DNA from: Escherichia phage T7 | Length of the DNA stretch: 37,125 nt | Strand: one strand, 5' to 3' | Sequence record: MZ375281.1 | In this document: piece by piece, positions 20,371-30,900 of the stretch | How the letters are laid out: the number at the start of each line of letters is the position of its first letter | How positions within the stretch are numbered: position 1 is the stretch's first letter | Program-made: the position numbers and the translations under genes | The notes under the pieces: generated by a model | What the model was told of the DNA's origin: nothing | Seen by the model: the letters and a program-made list of their open reading frames with translations, nothing else | Databases searched by the model: none

Positions 20371-21408
20371 ATGGCTAGCATGACTGGTGGACAGCAAATG
20401 GGTACTAACCAAGGTAAAGGTGTAGTTGCTGCTGGAGATAAACTGGCGTTGTTCTTGAAGGTATTTGGCGGTGAAGTCCTGACTGCGTTCGCTCGTACCT
20501 CCGTGACCACTTCTCGCCACATGGTACGTTCCATCTCCAGCGGTAAATCCGCTCAGTTCCCTGTTCTGGGTCGCACTCAGGCAGCGTATCTGGCTCCGGG
20601 CGAGAACCTCGACGATAAACGTAAGGACATCAAACACACCGAGAAGGTAATCACCATTGACGGTCTCCTGACGGCTGACGTTCTGATTTATGATATTGAG
20701 GACGCGATGAACCACTACGACGTTCGCTCTGAGTATACCTCTCAGTTGGGTGAATCTCTGGCGATGGCTGCGGATGGTGCGGTTCTGGCTGAGATTGCCG
20801 GTCTGTGTAACGTGGAAAGCAAATATAATGAGAACATCGAGGGCTTAGGTACTGCTACCGTAATTGAGACCACTCAGAACAAGGCCGCACTTACCGACCA
20901 AGTTGCGCTGGGTAAGGAGATTATTGCGGCTCTGACTAAGGCTCGTGCGGCTCTGACCAAGAACTATGTTCCGGCTGCTGACCGTGTGTTCTACTGTGAC
21001 CCAGATAGCTACTCTGCGATTCTGGCAGCACTGATGCCGAACGCAGCAAACTACGCTGCTCTGATTGACCCTGAGAAGGGTTCTATCCGCAACGTTATGG
21101 GCTTTGAGGTTGTAGAAGTTCCGCACCTCACCGCTGGTGGTGCTGGTACCGCTCGTGAGGGCACTACTGGTCAGAAGCACGTCTTCCCTGCCAATAAAGG
21201 TGAGGGTAATGTCAAGGTTGCTAAGGACAACGTTATCGGCCTGTTCATGCACCGCTCTGCGGTAGGTACTGTTAAGCTGCGTGACTTGGCTCTGGAGCGC
21301 GCTCGCCGTGCTAACTTCCAAGCGGACCAGATTATCGCTAAGTACGCAATGGGCCACGGTGGTCTTCGCCCAGAAGCTGCTGGTGCAGTGGTTTTCAAAG
21401 TGGAGTAA
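20371..21408 (+). CDS. 10A: Major capsid protein gp10A
   Basis: 345-aa ORF MASMTGGQQMGTNQGKG... ending AVVFKVE. Confidence 0.99.
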   Translation: MASMTGGQQMGTNQGKGVVAAGDKLALFLKVFGGEVLTAFARTSVTTSRHMVRSISSGKSAQFPVLGRTQAAYLAPGENLDDKRKDIKHTEKVITIDGLLTADVLIYDIEDAMNHYDVRSEYTSQLGESLAMAADGAVLAEIAGLCNVESKYNENIEGLGTATVIETTQNKAALTDQVALGKEIIAALTKARAALTKNYVPAADRVFYCDPDSYSAILAALMPNAANYAALIDPEKGSIRNVMGFEVVEVPHLTAGGAGTAREGTTGQKHVFPANKGEGNVKVAKDNVIGLFMHRSAVGTVKLRDLALERARRANFQADQIIAKYAMGHGGLRPEAAGAVVFKVE

Positions 21409-21566
21409 TGCTGGGGGTGGCCTCAACGGTCGCTGCTAGTCCCGAAGAGGCGAGTGTTACTTCAACAGAAGAAACCTTAACGCCAGCACAGGAGGCCGCA
21501 CGCACCCGCGCTGCTAACAAAGCCCGAAAGGAAGCTGAGTTGGCTGCTGCCACCGCTGAGCAATAA
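20371..21566 (+). CDS. 10B: Minor capsid protein gp10B, made by -1 ribosomal frameshift near the 10A C-terminus
   Basis: Open -1 frame continues from the 10A end to TAA at 21564-21566. Confidence 0.6.
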
Positions 21567-21570
21567 CTAG

Positions 21571-21614
21571 CATAACCCCTTGGGGCCTCTAAACGGGTCT
21601 TGAGGGGTTTTTTG
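21571..21614 (+). terminator. T-phi, T7 RNAP late terminator
   Basis: aaccccttggggcctctaaacgggtcttgaggggttttttg hairpin plus U-run. Confidence 0.95.
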
Positions 21615-21631
21615 CTGAAAGGAGGAACTAT

Positions 21632-22222
21632 ATGCGCTCATACGATATGAACGTTGAGACTGCCGCTGAGTTATCAGCTGTGAACGACATTCTGGCGTCT
21701 ATCGGTGAACCTCCGGTATCAACGCTGGAAGGTGACGCTAACGCAGATGCAGCGAACGCTCGGCGTATTCTCAACAAGATTAACCGACAGATTCAATCTC
21801 GTGGATGGACGTTCAACATTGAGGAAGGCATAACGCTACTACCTGATGTTTACTCCAACCTGATTGTATACAGTGACGACTATTTATCCCTAATGTCTAC
21901 TTCCGGTCAATCCATCTACGTTAACCGAGGTGGCTATGTGTATGACCGAACGAGTCAATCAGACCGCTTTGACTCTGGTATTACTGTGAACATTATTCGT
22001 CTCCGCGACTACGATGAGATGCCTGAGTGCTTCCGTTACTGGATTGTCACCAAGGCTTCCCGTCAGTTCAACAACCGATTCTTTGGGGAACCGGAAGTAG
22101 AGGGTGTACTCCAAGAAGAGGAAGATGAGGCTAGACGTCTCTGCATGGAGTATGAGATGGACTACGGTGGGTACAATATGCTGGATGGAGATGCGTTCAC
22201 TTCTGGTCTACTGACTCGCTAA
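21632..22222 (+). CDS. 11: Tail tubular protein A (gp11)
   Basis: 196-aa ORF. Confidence 0.97.
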   Translation: MRSYDMNVETAAELSAVNDILASIGEPPVSTLEGDANADAANARRILNKINRQIQSRGWTFNIEEGITLLPDVYSNLIVYSDDYLSLMSTSGQSIYVNRGGYVYDRTSQSDRFDSGITVNIIRLRDYDEMPECFRYWIVTKASRQFNNRFFGEPEVEGVLQEEEDEARRLCMEYEMDYGGYNMLDGDAFTSGLLTR

Positions 22223-22245
22223 CATTAATAAATAAGGAGGCTCTA

Positions 22246-24630
22246 ATGGCACTCATTAGCCAATCAATCAAGAACTTGAAGGGTGGTATCAGCCAACAGC
22301 CTGACATCCTTCGTTATCCAGACCAAGGGTCACGCCAAGTTAACGGTTGGTCTTCGGAGACCGAGGGCCTCCAAAAGCGTCCACCTCTTGTTTTCTTAAA
22401 TACACTTGGAGACAACGGTGCGTTAGGTCAAGCTCCGTACATCCACCTGATTAACCGAGATGAGCACGAACAGTATTACGCTGTGTTCACTGGTAGCGGA
22501 ATCCGAGTGTTCGACCTTTCTGGTAACGAGAAGCAAGTTAGGTATCCTAACGGTTCCAACTACATCAAGACCGCTAATCCACGTAACGACCTGCGAATGG
22601 TTACTGTAGCAGACTATACGTTCATCGTTAACCGTAACGTTGTTGCACAGAAGAACACAAAGTCTGTCAACTTACCGAATTACAACCCTAATCAAGACGG
22701 ATTGATTAACGTTCGTGGTGGTCAGTATGGTAGGGAACTAATTGTACACATTAACGGTAAAGACGTTGCGAAGTATAAGATACCAGATGGTAGTCAACCT
22801 GAACACGTAAACAATACGGATGCCCAATGGTTAGCTGAAGAGTTAGCCAAGCAGATGCGCACTAACTTGTCTGATTGGACTGTAAATGTAGGGCAAGGGT
22901 TCATCCATGTGACCGCACCTAGTGGTCAACAGATTGACTCCTTCACGACTAAAGATGGCTACGCAGACCAGTTGATTAACCCTGTGACCCACTACGCTCA
23001 GTCGTTCTCTAAGCTGCCACCTAATGCTCCTAACGGCTACATGGTGAAAATCGTAGGGGACGCCTCTAAGTCTGCCGACCAGTATTACGTTCGGTATGAC
23101 GCTGAGCGGAAAGTTTGGACTGAGACTTTAGGTTGGAACACTGAGGACCAAGTTCTATGGGAAACCATGCCACACGCTCTTGTGCGAGCCGCTGACGGTA
23201 ATTTCGACTTCAAGTGGCTTGAGTGGTCTCCTAAGTCTTGTGGTGACGTTGACACCAACCCTTGGCCTTCTTTTGTTGGTTCAAGTATTAACGATGTGTT
23301 CTTCTTCCGTAACCGCTTAGGATTCCTTAGTGGGGAGAACATCATATTGAGTCGTACAGCCAAATACTTCAACTTCTACCCTGCGTCCATTGCGAACCTT
23401 AGTGATGACGACCCTATAGACGTAGCTGTGAGTACCAACCGAATAGCAATCCTTAAGTACGCCGTTCCGTTCTCAGAAGAGTTACTCATCTGGTCCGATG
23501 AAGCACAATTCGTCCTGACTGCCTCGGGTACTCTCACATCTAAGTCGGTTGAGTTGAACCTAACGACCCAGTTTGACGTACAGGACCGAGCGAGACCTTT
23601 TGGGATTGGGCGTAATGTCTACTTTGCTAGTCCGAGGTCCAGCTTCGCGTCCATCCACAGGTACTACGCTGTGCAGGATGTCAGTTCCGTTAAGAATGCT
23701 GAGGACATTACATCACACGTTCCTAACTACATCCCTAATGGTGTGTTCAGTATTTGCGGAAGTGGTACGGAAAACTTCTGTTCGGTACTATCTCACGGGG
23801 ACCCTAGTAAAATCTTCATGTACAAATTCCTGTACCTGAACGAAGAGTTAAGGCAACAGTCGTGGTCTCATTGGGACTTTGGGGAAAACGTACAGGTTCT
23901 AGCTTGTCAGAGTATCAGCTCAGATATGTATGTGATTCTTCGCAATGAGTTCAATACGTTCCTAGCTAGAATCTCTTTCACTAAGAACGCCATTGACTTA
24001 CAGGGAGAACCCTATCGTGCCTTTATGGACATGAAGATTCGATACACGATTCCTAGTGGAACATACAACGATGACACATTCACTACCTCTATTCATATTC
24101 CAACAATTTATGGTGCAAACTTCGGGAGGGGCAAAATCACTGTATTGGAGCCTGATGGTAAGATAACCGTGTTTGAGCAACCTACGGCTGGGTGGAATAG
24201 CGACCCTTGGCTGAGACTCAGCGGTAACTTGGAGGGACGCATGGTGTACATTGGGTTCAACATTAACTTCGTATATGAGTTCTCTAAGTTCCTCATCAAG
24301 CAGACTGCCGACGACGGGTCTACCTCCACGGAAGACATTGGGCGCTTACAGTTACGCCGAGCGTGGGTTAACTACGAGAACTCTGGTACGTTTGACATTT
24401 ATGTTGAGAACCAATCGTCTAACTGGAAGTACACAATGGCTGGTGCCCGATTAGGCTCTAACACTCTGAGGGCTGGGAGACTGAACTTAGGGACCGGACA
24501 ATATCGATTCCCTGTGGTTGGTAACGCCAAGTTCAACACTGTATACATCTTGTCAGATGAGACTACCCCTCTGAACATCATTGGGTGTGGCTGGGAAGGT
24601 AACTACTTACGGAGAAGTTCCGGTATTTAA
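22246..24630 (+). CDS. 12: Tail tubular protein B (gp12)
   Basis: 794-aa ORF. Confidence 0.97.
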   Translation: MALISQSIKNLKGGISQQPDILRYPDQGSRQVNGWSSETEGLQKRPPLVFLNTLGDNGALGQAPYIHLINRDEHEQYYAVFTGSGIRVFDLSGNEKQVRYPNGSNYIKTANPRNDLRMVTVADYTFIVNRNVVAQKNTKSVNLPNYNPNQDGLINVRGGQYGRELIVHINGKDVAKYKIPDGSQPEHVNNTDAQWLAEELAKQMRTNLSDWTVNVGQGFIHVTAPSGQQIDSFTTKDGYADQLINPVTHYAQSFSKLPPNAPNGYMVKIVGDASKSADQYYVRYDAERKVWTETLGWNTEDQVLWETMPHALVRAADGNFDFKWLEWSPKSCGDVDTNPWPSFVGSSINDVFFFRNRLGFLSGENIILSRTAKYFNFYPASIANLSDDDPIDVAVSTNRIAILKYAVPFSEELLIWSDEAQFVLTASGTLTSKSVELNLTTQFDVQDRARPFGIGRNVYFASPRSSFASIHRYYAVQDVSSVKNAEDITSHVPNYIPNGVFSICGSGTENFCSVLSHGDPSKIFMYKFLYLNEELRQQSWSHWDFGENVQVLACQSISSDMYVILRNEFNTFLARISFTKNAIDLQGEPYRAFMDMKIRYTIPSGTYNDDTFTTSIHIPTIYGANFGRGKITVLEPDGKITVFEQPTAGWNSDPWLRLSGNLEGRMVYIGFNINFVYEFSKFLIKQTADDGSTSTEDIGRLQLRRAWVNYENSGTFDIYVENQSSNWKYTMAGARLGSNTLRAGRLNLGTGQYRFPVVGNAKFNTVYILSDETTPLNIIGCGWEGNYLRRSSGI

Positions 24631-24660
24631 TTAAATATTCTCCCTGTGGTGGCTCGAAAT

Positions 24661-24683
24661 TAATACGACTCACTATAGGGAGA
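24661..24683 (+). promoter_or_regulatory. T7 class III promoter phi13
   Basis: TAATACGACTCACTATAGGGAGA, +1 at 24678. Confidence 0.95.
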
Positions 24684-24710
24684 ACAATACGACTACGGGA
24701 GGGTTTTCTT

Positions 24711-25127
24711 ATGATGACTATAAGACCTACTAAAAGTACAGACTTTGAGGTATTCACTCCGGCTCACCATGACATTCTTGAAGCTAAGGCTGCTGGTATT
24801 GAGCCGAGTTTCCCTGATGCTTCCGAGTGTGTCACGTTGAGCCTCTATGGGTTCCCTCTAGCTATCGGTGGTAACTGCGGGGACCAGTGCTGGTTCGTTA
24901 CGAGCGACCAAGTGTGGCGACTTAGTGGAAAGGCTAAGCGAAAGTTCCGTAAGTTAATCATGGAGTATCGCGATAAGATGCTTGAGAAGTATGATACTCT
25001 TTGGAATTACGTATGGGTAGGCAATACGTCCCACATTCGTTTCCTCAAGACTATCGGTGCGGTATTCCATGAAGAGTACACACGAGATGGTCAATTTCAG
25101 TTATTTACAATCACGAAAGGAGGATAA
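24711..25127 (+). CDS. 13: gp13, internal virion protein A
   Basis: 138-aa ORF. Confidence 0.95.
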   Translation: MMTIRPTKSTDFEVFTPAHHDILEAKAAGIEPSFPDASECVTLSLYGFPLAIGGNCGDQCWFVTSDQVWRLSGKAKRKFRKLIMEYRDKMLEKYDTLWNYVWVGNTSHIRFLKTIGAVFHEEYTRDGQFQLFTITKGG

Positions 25128-25131
25128 CCAT

Positions 25132-25722
25132 ATGTGTTGGGCAGCCGCAATACCTATCGCTATATCTGGCGCTCAGGCTATCAGTGGTCAGAACGCTCAG
25201 GCCAAAATGATTGCCGCTCAGACCGCTGCTGGTCGTCGTCAAGCTATGGAAATCATGAGGCAGACGAACATCCAGAATGCTGACCTATCGTTGCAAGCTC
25301 GAAGTAAACTTGAGGAAGCGTCCGCCGAGTTGACCTCACAGAACATGCAGAAGGTCCAAGCTATTGGGTCTATCCGAGCGGCTATCGGAGAGAGTATGCT
25401 TGAAGGTTCCTCAATGGACCGCATTAAGCGAGTCACAGAAGGACAGTTCATTCGGGAAGCCAATATGGTAACTGAGAACTATCGCCGTGACTACCAAGCA
25501 ATCTTCGCACAGCAACTTGGTGGTACTCAAAGTGCTGCAAGTCAGATTGACGAAATCTATAAGAGCGAACAGAAACAGAAGAGTAAGCTACAGATGGTTC
25601 TGGACCCACTGGCTATCATGGGGTCTTCCGCTGCGAGTGCTTACGCATCCGGTGCGTTCGACTCTAAGTCCACAACTAAGGCACCTATTGTTGCCGCTAA
25701 AGGAACCAAGACGGGGAGGTAA
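25132..25722 (+). CDS. 14: Internal core protein gp14
   Basis: 196 aa from ATG 25132 (MCWAAAIPIAISG...) after aaaggagg. Confidence 0.95.
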   Translation: MCWAAAIPIAISGAQAISGQNAQAKMIAAQTAAGRRQAMEIMRQTNIQNADLSLQARSKLEEASAELTSQNMQKVQAIGSIRAAIGESMLEGSSMDRIKRVTEGQFIREANMVTENYRRDYQAIFAQQLGGTQSAASQIDEIYKSEQKQKSKLQMVLDPLAIMGSSAASAYASGAFDSKSTTKAPIVAAKGTKTGR

Positions 25723-25728
25723 TGAGCT

Positions 25729-27972
25729 ATGAGTAAAATTGAATCTGCCCTTCAAGCGGCACAACCGGGACTCTCTCGGTTACGTGGTGGTGCTGGAGGT
25801 ATGGGCTATCGTGCAGCAACCACTCAGGCCGAACAGCCAAGGTCAAGCCTATTGGACACCATTGGTCGGTTCGCTAAGGCTGGTGCCGATATGTATACCG
25901 CTAAGGAACAACGAGCACGAGACCTAGCTGATGAACGCTCTAACGAGATTATCCGTAAGCTGACCCCTGAGCAACGTCGAGAAGCTCTCAACAACGGGAC
26001 CCTTCTGTATCAGGATGACCCATACGCTATGGAAGCACTCCGAGTCAAGACTGGTCGTAACGCTGCGTATCTTGTGGACGATGACGTTATGCAGAAGATA
26101 AAAGAGGGTGTCTTCCGTACTCGCGAAGAGATGGAAGAGTATCGCCATAGTCGCCTTCAAGAGGGCGCTAAGGTATACGCTGAGCAGTTCGGCATCGACC
26201 CTGAGGACGTTGATTATCAGCGTGGTTTCAACGGGGACATTACCGAGCGTAACATCTCGCTGTATGGTGCGCATGATAACTTCTTGAGCCAGCAAGCTCA
26301 GAAGGGCGCTATCATGAACAGCCGAGTGGAACTCAACGGTGTCCTTCAAGACCCTGATATGCTGCGTCGTCCAGACTCTGCTGACTTCTTTGAGAAGTAT
26401 ATCGACAACGGTCTGGTTACTGGCGCAATCCCATCTGATGCTCAAGCCACACAGCTTATAAGCCAAGCGTTCAGTGACGCTTCTAGCCGTGCTGGTGGTG
26501 CTGACTTCCTGATGCGAGTCGGTGACAAGAAGGTAACACTTAACGGAGCCACTACGACTTACCGAGAGTTGATTGGTGAGGAACAGTGGAACGCTCTCAT
26601 GGTCACAGCACAACGTTCTCAGTTTGAGACTGACGCGAAGCTGAACGAGCAGTATCGCTTGAAGATTAACTCTGCGCTGAACCAAGAGGACCCAAGGACA
26701 GCTTGGGAGATGCTTCAAGGTATCAAGGCTGAACTAGATAAGGTCCAACCTGATGAGCAGATGACACCACAACGTGAGTGGCTAATCTCCGCACAGGAAC
26801 AAGTTCAGAATCAGATGAACGCATGGACGAAAGCTCAGGCCAAGGCTCTGGACGATTCCATGAAGTCAATGAACAAACTTGACGTAATCGACAAGCAATT
26901 CCAGAAGCGAATCAACGGTGAGTGGGTCTCAACGGATTTTAAGGATATGCCAGTCAACGAGAACACTGGTGAGTTCAAGCATAGCGATATGGTTAACTAC
27001 GCCAATAAGAAGCTCGCTGAGATTGACAGTATGGACATTCCAGACGGTGCCAAGGATGCTATGAAGTTGAAGTACCTTCAAGCGGACTCTAAGGACGGAG
27101 CATTCCGTACAGCCATCGGAACCATGGTCACTGACGCTGGTCAAGAGTGGTCTGCCGCTGTGATTAACGGTAAGTTACCAGAACGAACCCCAGCTATGGA
27201 TGCTCTGCGCAGAATCCGCAATGCTGACCCTCAGTTGATTGCTGCGCTATACCCAGACCAAGCTGAGCTATTCCTGACGATGGACATGATGGACAAGCAG
27301 GGTATTGACCCTCAGGTTATTCTTGATGCCGACCGACTGACTGTTAAGCGGTCCAAAGAGCAACGCTTTGAGGATGATAAAGCATTCGAGTCTGCACTGA
27401 ATGCATCTAAGGCTCCTGAGATTGCCCGTATGCCAGCGTCACTGCGCGAATCTGCACGTAAGATTTATGACTCCGTTAAGTATCGCTCGGGGAACGAAAG
27501 CATGGCTATGGAGCAGATGACCAAGTTCCTTAAGGAATCTACCTACACGTTCACTGGTGATGATGTTGACGGTGATACCGTTGGTGTGATTCCTAAGAAT
27601 ATGATGCAGGTTAACTCTGACCCGAAATCATGGGAGCAAGGTCGGGATATTCTGGAGGAAGCACGTAAGGGAATCATTGCGAGCAACCCTTGGATAACCA
27701 ATAAGCAACTGACCATGTATTCTCAAGGTGACTCCATTTACCTTATGGACACCACAGGTCAAGTCAGAGTCCGATACGACAAAGAGTTACTCTCGAAGGT
27801 CTGGAGTGAGAACCAGAAGAAACTCGAAGAGAAAGCTCGTGAGAAGGCTCTGGCTGATGTGAACAAGCGAGCACCTATAGTTGCCGCTACGAAGGCCCGT
27901 GAAGCTGCTGCTAAACGAGTCCGAGAGAAACGTAAACAGACTCCTAAGTTCATCTACGGACGTAAGGAGTAA
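25729..27972 (+). CDS. 15: Internal core protein gp15
   Basis: 747-aa ORF. Confidence 0.97.
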   Translation: MSKIESALQAAQPGLSRLRGGAGGMGYRAATTQAEQPRSSLLDTIGRFAKAGADMYTAKEQRARDLADERSNEIIRKLTPEQRREALNNGTLLYQDDPYAMEALRVKTGRNAAYLVDDDVMQKIKEGVFRTREEMEEYRHSRLQEGAKVYAEQFGIDPEDVDYQRGFNGDITERNISLYGAHDNFLSQQAQKGAIMNSRVELNGVLQDPDMLRRPDSADFFEKYIDNGLVTGAIPSDAQATQLISQAFSDASSRAGGADFLMRVGDKKVTLNGATTTYRELIGEEQWNALMVTAQRSQFETDAKLNEQYRLKINSALNQEDPRTAWEMLQGIKAELDKVQPDEQMTPQREWLISAQEQVQNQMNAWTKAQAKALDDSMKSMNKLDVIDKQFQKRINGEWVSTDFKDMPVNENTGEFKHSDMVNYANKKLAEIDSMDIPDGAKDAMKLKYLQADSKDGAFRTAIGTMVTDAGQEWSAAVINGKLPERTPAMDALRRIRNADPQLIAALYPDQAELFLTMDMMDKQGIDPQVILDADRLTVKRSKEQRFEDDKAFESALNASKAPEIARMPASLRESARKIYDSVKYRSGNESMAMEQMTKFLKESTYTFTGDDVDGDTVGVIPKNMMQVNSDPKSWEQGRDILEEARKGIIASNPWITNKQLTMYSQGDSIYLMDTTGQVRVRYDKELLSKVWSENQKKLEEKAREKALADVNKRAPIVAATKAREAAAKRVREKRKQTPKFIYGRKE

Positions 27973-27998
27973 CTAAAGGCTACATAAGGAGGCCCTAA

Positions 27999-30900
27999 AT
28001 GGATAAGTACGATAAGAACGTACCAAGTGATTATGATGGTCTGTTCCAAAAGGCTGCTGATGCCAACGGGGTCTCTTATGACCTTTTACGTAAAGTCGCT
28101 TGGACAGAATCACGATTTGTGCCTACAGCAAAATCTAAGACTGGACCATTAGGCATGATGCAATTTACCAAGGCAACCGCTAAGGCCCTCGGTCTGCGAG
28201 TTACCGATGGTCCAGACGACGACCGACTGAACCCTGAGTTAGCTATTAATGCTGCCGCTAAGCAACTTGCAGGTCTGGTAGGGAAGTTTGATGGCGATGA
28301 ACTCAAAGCTGCCCTTGCGTACAACCAAGGCGAGGGACGCTTGGGTAATCCACAACTTGAGGCGTACTCTAAGGGAGACTTCGCATCAATCTCTGAGGAG
28401 GGACGTAACTACATACGTAACCTTCTGGATGTTGCTAAGTCACCTATGGCTGGACAGTTGGAAACTTTTGGTGGCATAACCCCAAAGGGTAAAGGCATTC
28501 CGGCTGAGGTAGGATTGGCTGGAATTGGTCACAAGCAGAAAGTAACACAGGAACTTCCTGAGTCCACAAGTTTTGACGTTAAGGGTATCGAACAGGAGGC
28601 TACGGCGAAACCATTCGCCAAGGACTTTTGGGAGACCCACGGAGAAACACTTGACGAGTACAACAGTCGTTCAACCTTCTTCGGATTCAAAAATGCTGCC
28701 GAAGCTGAACTCTCCAACTCAGTCGCTGGGATGGCTTTCCGTGCTGGTCGTCTCGATAATGGTTTTGATGTGTTTAAAGACACCATTACGCCGACTCGCT
28801 GGAACTCTCACATCTGGACTCCAGAGGAGTTAGAGAAGATTCGAACAGAGGTTAAGAACCCTGCGTACATCAACGTTGTAACTGGTGGTTCCCCTGAGAA
28901 CCTCGATGACCTCATTAAATTGGCTAACGAGAACTTTGAGAATGACTCCCGCGCTGCCGAGGCTGGCCTAGGTGCCAAACTGAGTGCTGGTATTATTGGT
29001 GCTGGTGTGGACCCGCTTAGCTATGTTCCTATGGTCGGTGTCACTGGTAAGGGCTTTAAGTTAATCAATAAGGCTCTTGTAGTTGGTGCCGAAAGTGCTG
29101 CTCTGAACGTTGCATCCGAAGGTCTCCGTACCTCCGTAGCTGGTGGTGACGCAGACTATGCGGGTGCTGCCTTAGGTGGCTTTGTGTTTGGCGCAGGCAT
29201 GTCTGCAATCAGTGACGCTGTAGCTGCTGGACTGAAACGCAGTAAACCAGAAGCTGAGTTCGACAATGAGTTCATCGGTCCTATGATGCGATTGGAAGCC
29301 CGTGAGACAGCACGAAACGCCAACTCTGCGGACCTCTCTCGGATGAACACTGAGAACATGAAGTTTGAAGGTGAACATAATGGTGTCCCTTATGAGGACT
29401 TACCAACAGAGAGAGGTGCCGTGGTGTTACATGATGGCTCCGTTCTAAGTGCAAGCAACCCAATCAACCCTAAGACTCTAAAAGAGTTCTCCGAGGTTGA
29501 CCCTGAGAAGGCTGCGCGAGGAATCAAACTGGCTGGGTTCACCGAGATTGGCTTGAAGACCTTGGGGTCTGACGATGCTGACATCCGTAGAGTGGCTATC
29601 GACCTCGTTCGCTCTCCTACTGGTATGCAGTCTGGTGCCTCAGGTAAGTTCGGTGCAACAGCTTCTGACATCCATGAGAGACTTCATGGTACTGACCAGC
29701 GTACTTATAATGACTTGTACAAAGCAATGTCTGACGCTATGAAAGACCCTGAGTTCTCTACTGGCGGCGCTAAGATGTCCCGTGAAGAAACTCGATACAC
29801 TATCTACCGTAGAGCGGCACTAGCTATTGAGCGTCCAGAACTACAGAAGGCACTCACTCCGTCTGAGAGAATCGTTATGGACATCATTAAGCGTCACTTT
29901 GACACCAAGCGTGAACTTATGGAAAACCCAGCAATATTCGGTAACACAAAGGCTGTGAGTATCTTCCCTGAGAGTCGCCACAAAGGTACTTACGTTCCTC
30001 ACGTATATGACCGTCATGCCAAGGCGCTGATGATTCAACGCTACGGTGCCGAAGGTTTGCAGGAAGGGATTGCCCGCTCATGGATGAACAGCTACGTCTC
30101 CAGACCTGAGGTCAAGGCCAGAGTCGATGAGATGCTTAAGGAATTACACGGGGTGAAGGAAGTAACACCAGAGATGGTAGAGAAGTACGCTATGGATAAG
30201 GCTTATGGTATCTCCCACTCAGACCAGTTCACCAACAGTTCCATAATAGAAGAGAACATTGAGGGCTTAGTAGGTATCGAGAATAACTCATTCCTTGAGG
30301 CACGTAACTTGTTTGATTCGGACCTATCCATCACTATGCCAGACGGACAGCAATTCTCAGTGAATGACCTAAGGGACTTCGATATGTTCCGCATCATGCC
30401 AGCGTATGACCGCTGTGTCAATAGTGACATCGCCATCATGGGGTCTACTGGTAAAACCACTAAGGAACTTAAGGATGAGATTTTGGCTCTCAAAGCGAAA
30501 GCTGAGGGAGACGGTAAGAAGACTGGCGAGGTACATGCTTTAATGGATACCGTTAAGATTCTTACTGGTCGTGCTAGACGCAATCAGGACACTGTGTGGG
30601 AAACCTCACTGCGTGCCATCAATGACCTAGGGTTCTTCGCTAAGAACGCCTACATGGGTGCTCAGAACATTACGGAGATTGCTGGGATGATTGTCACTGG
30701 TAACGTTCGTGCTCTAGGGCATGGTATCCCAATTCTGCGTGATACACTCTACAAGTCTAAACCAGTTTCAGCTAAGGAACTCAAGGAACTCCATGCGTCT
30801 CTGTTCGGGAAGGAGGTGGACCAGTTGATTCGGCCTAGACGTGCTGACATTGTGCAGCGCCTAAGGGAAGCAACTGATACCGGACCTGCCGTGGCGAACA

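Noticed and set aside
25924-26718. 264-aa reverse-strand ORF, plus the many other 60-190-aa minus-strand ORFs (e.g. 735-1160, 20845-21426, 32532-33032)
   Set aside because: They lie antisense inside well-supported + strand T7 genes. T7 is transcribed entirely left to right and has no promoters or terminators in the reverse orientation, so these are shadow ORFs.
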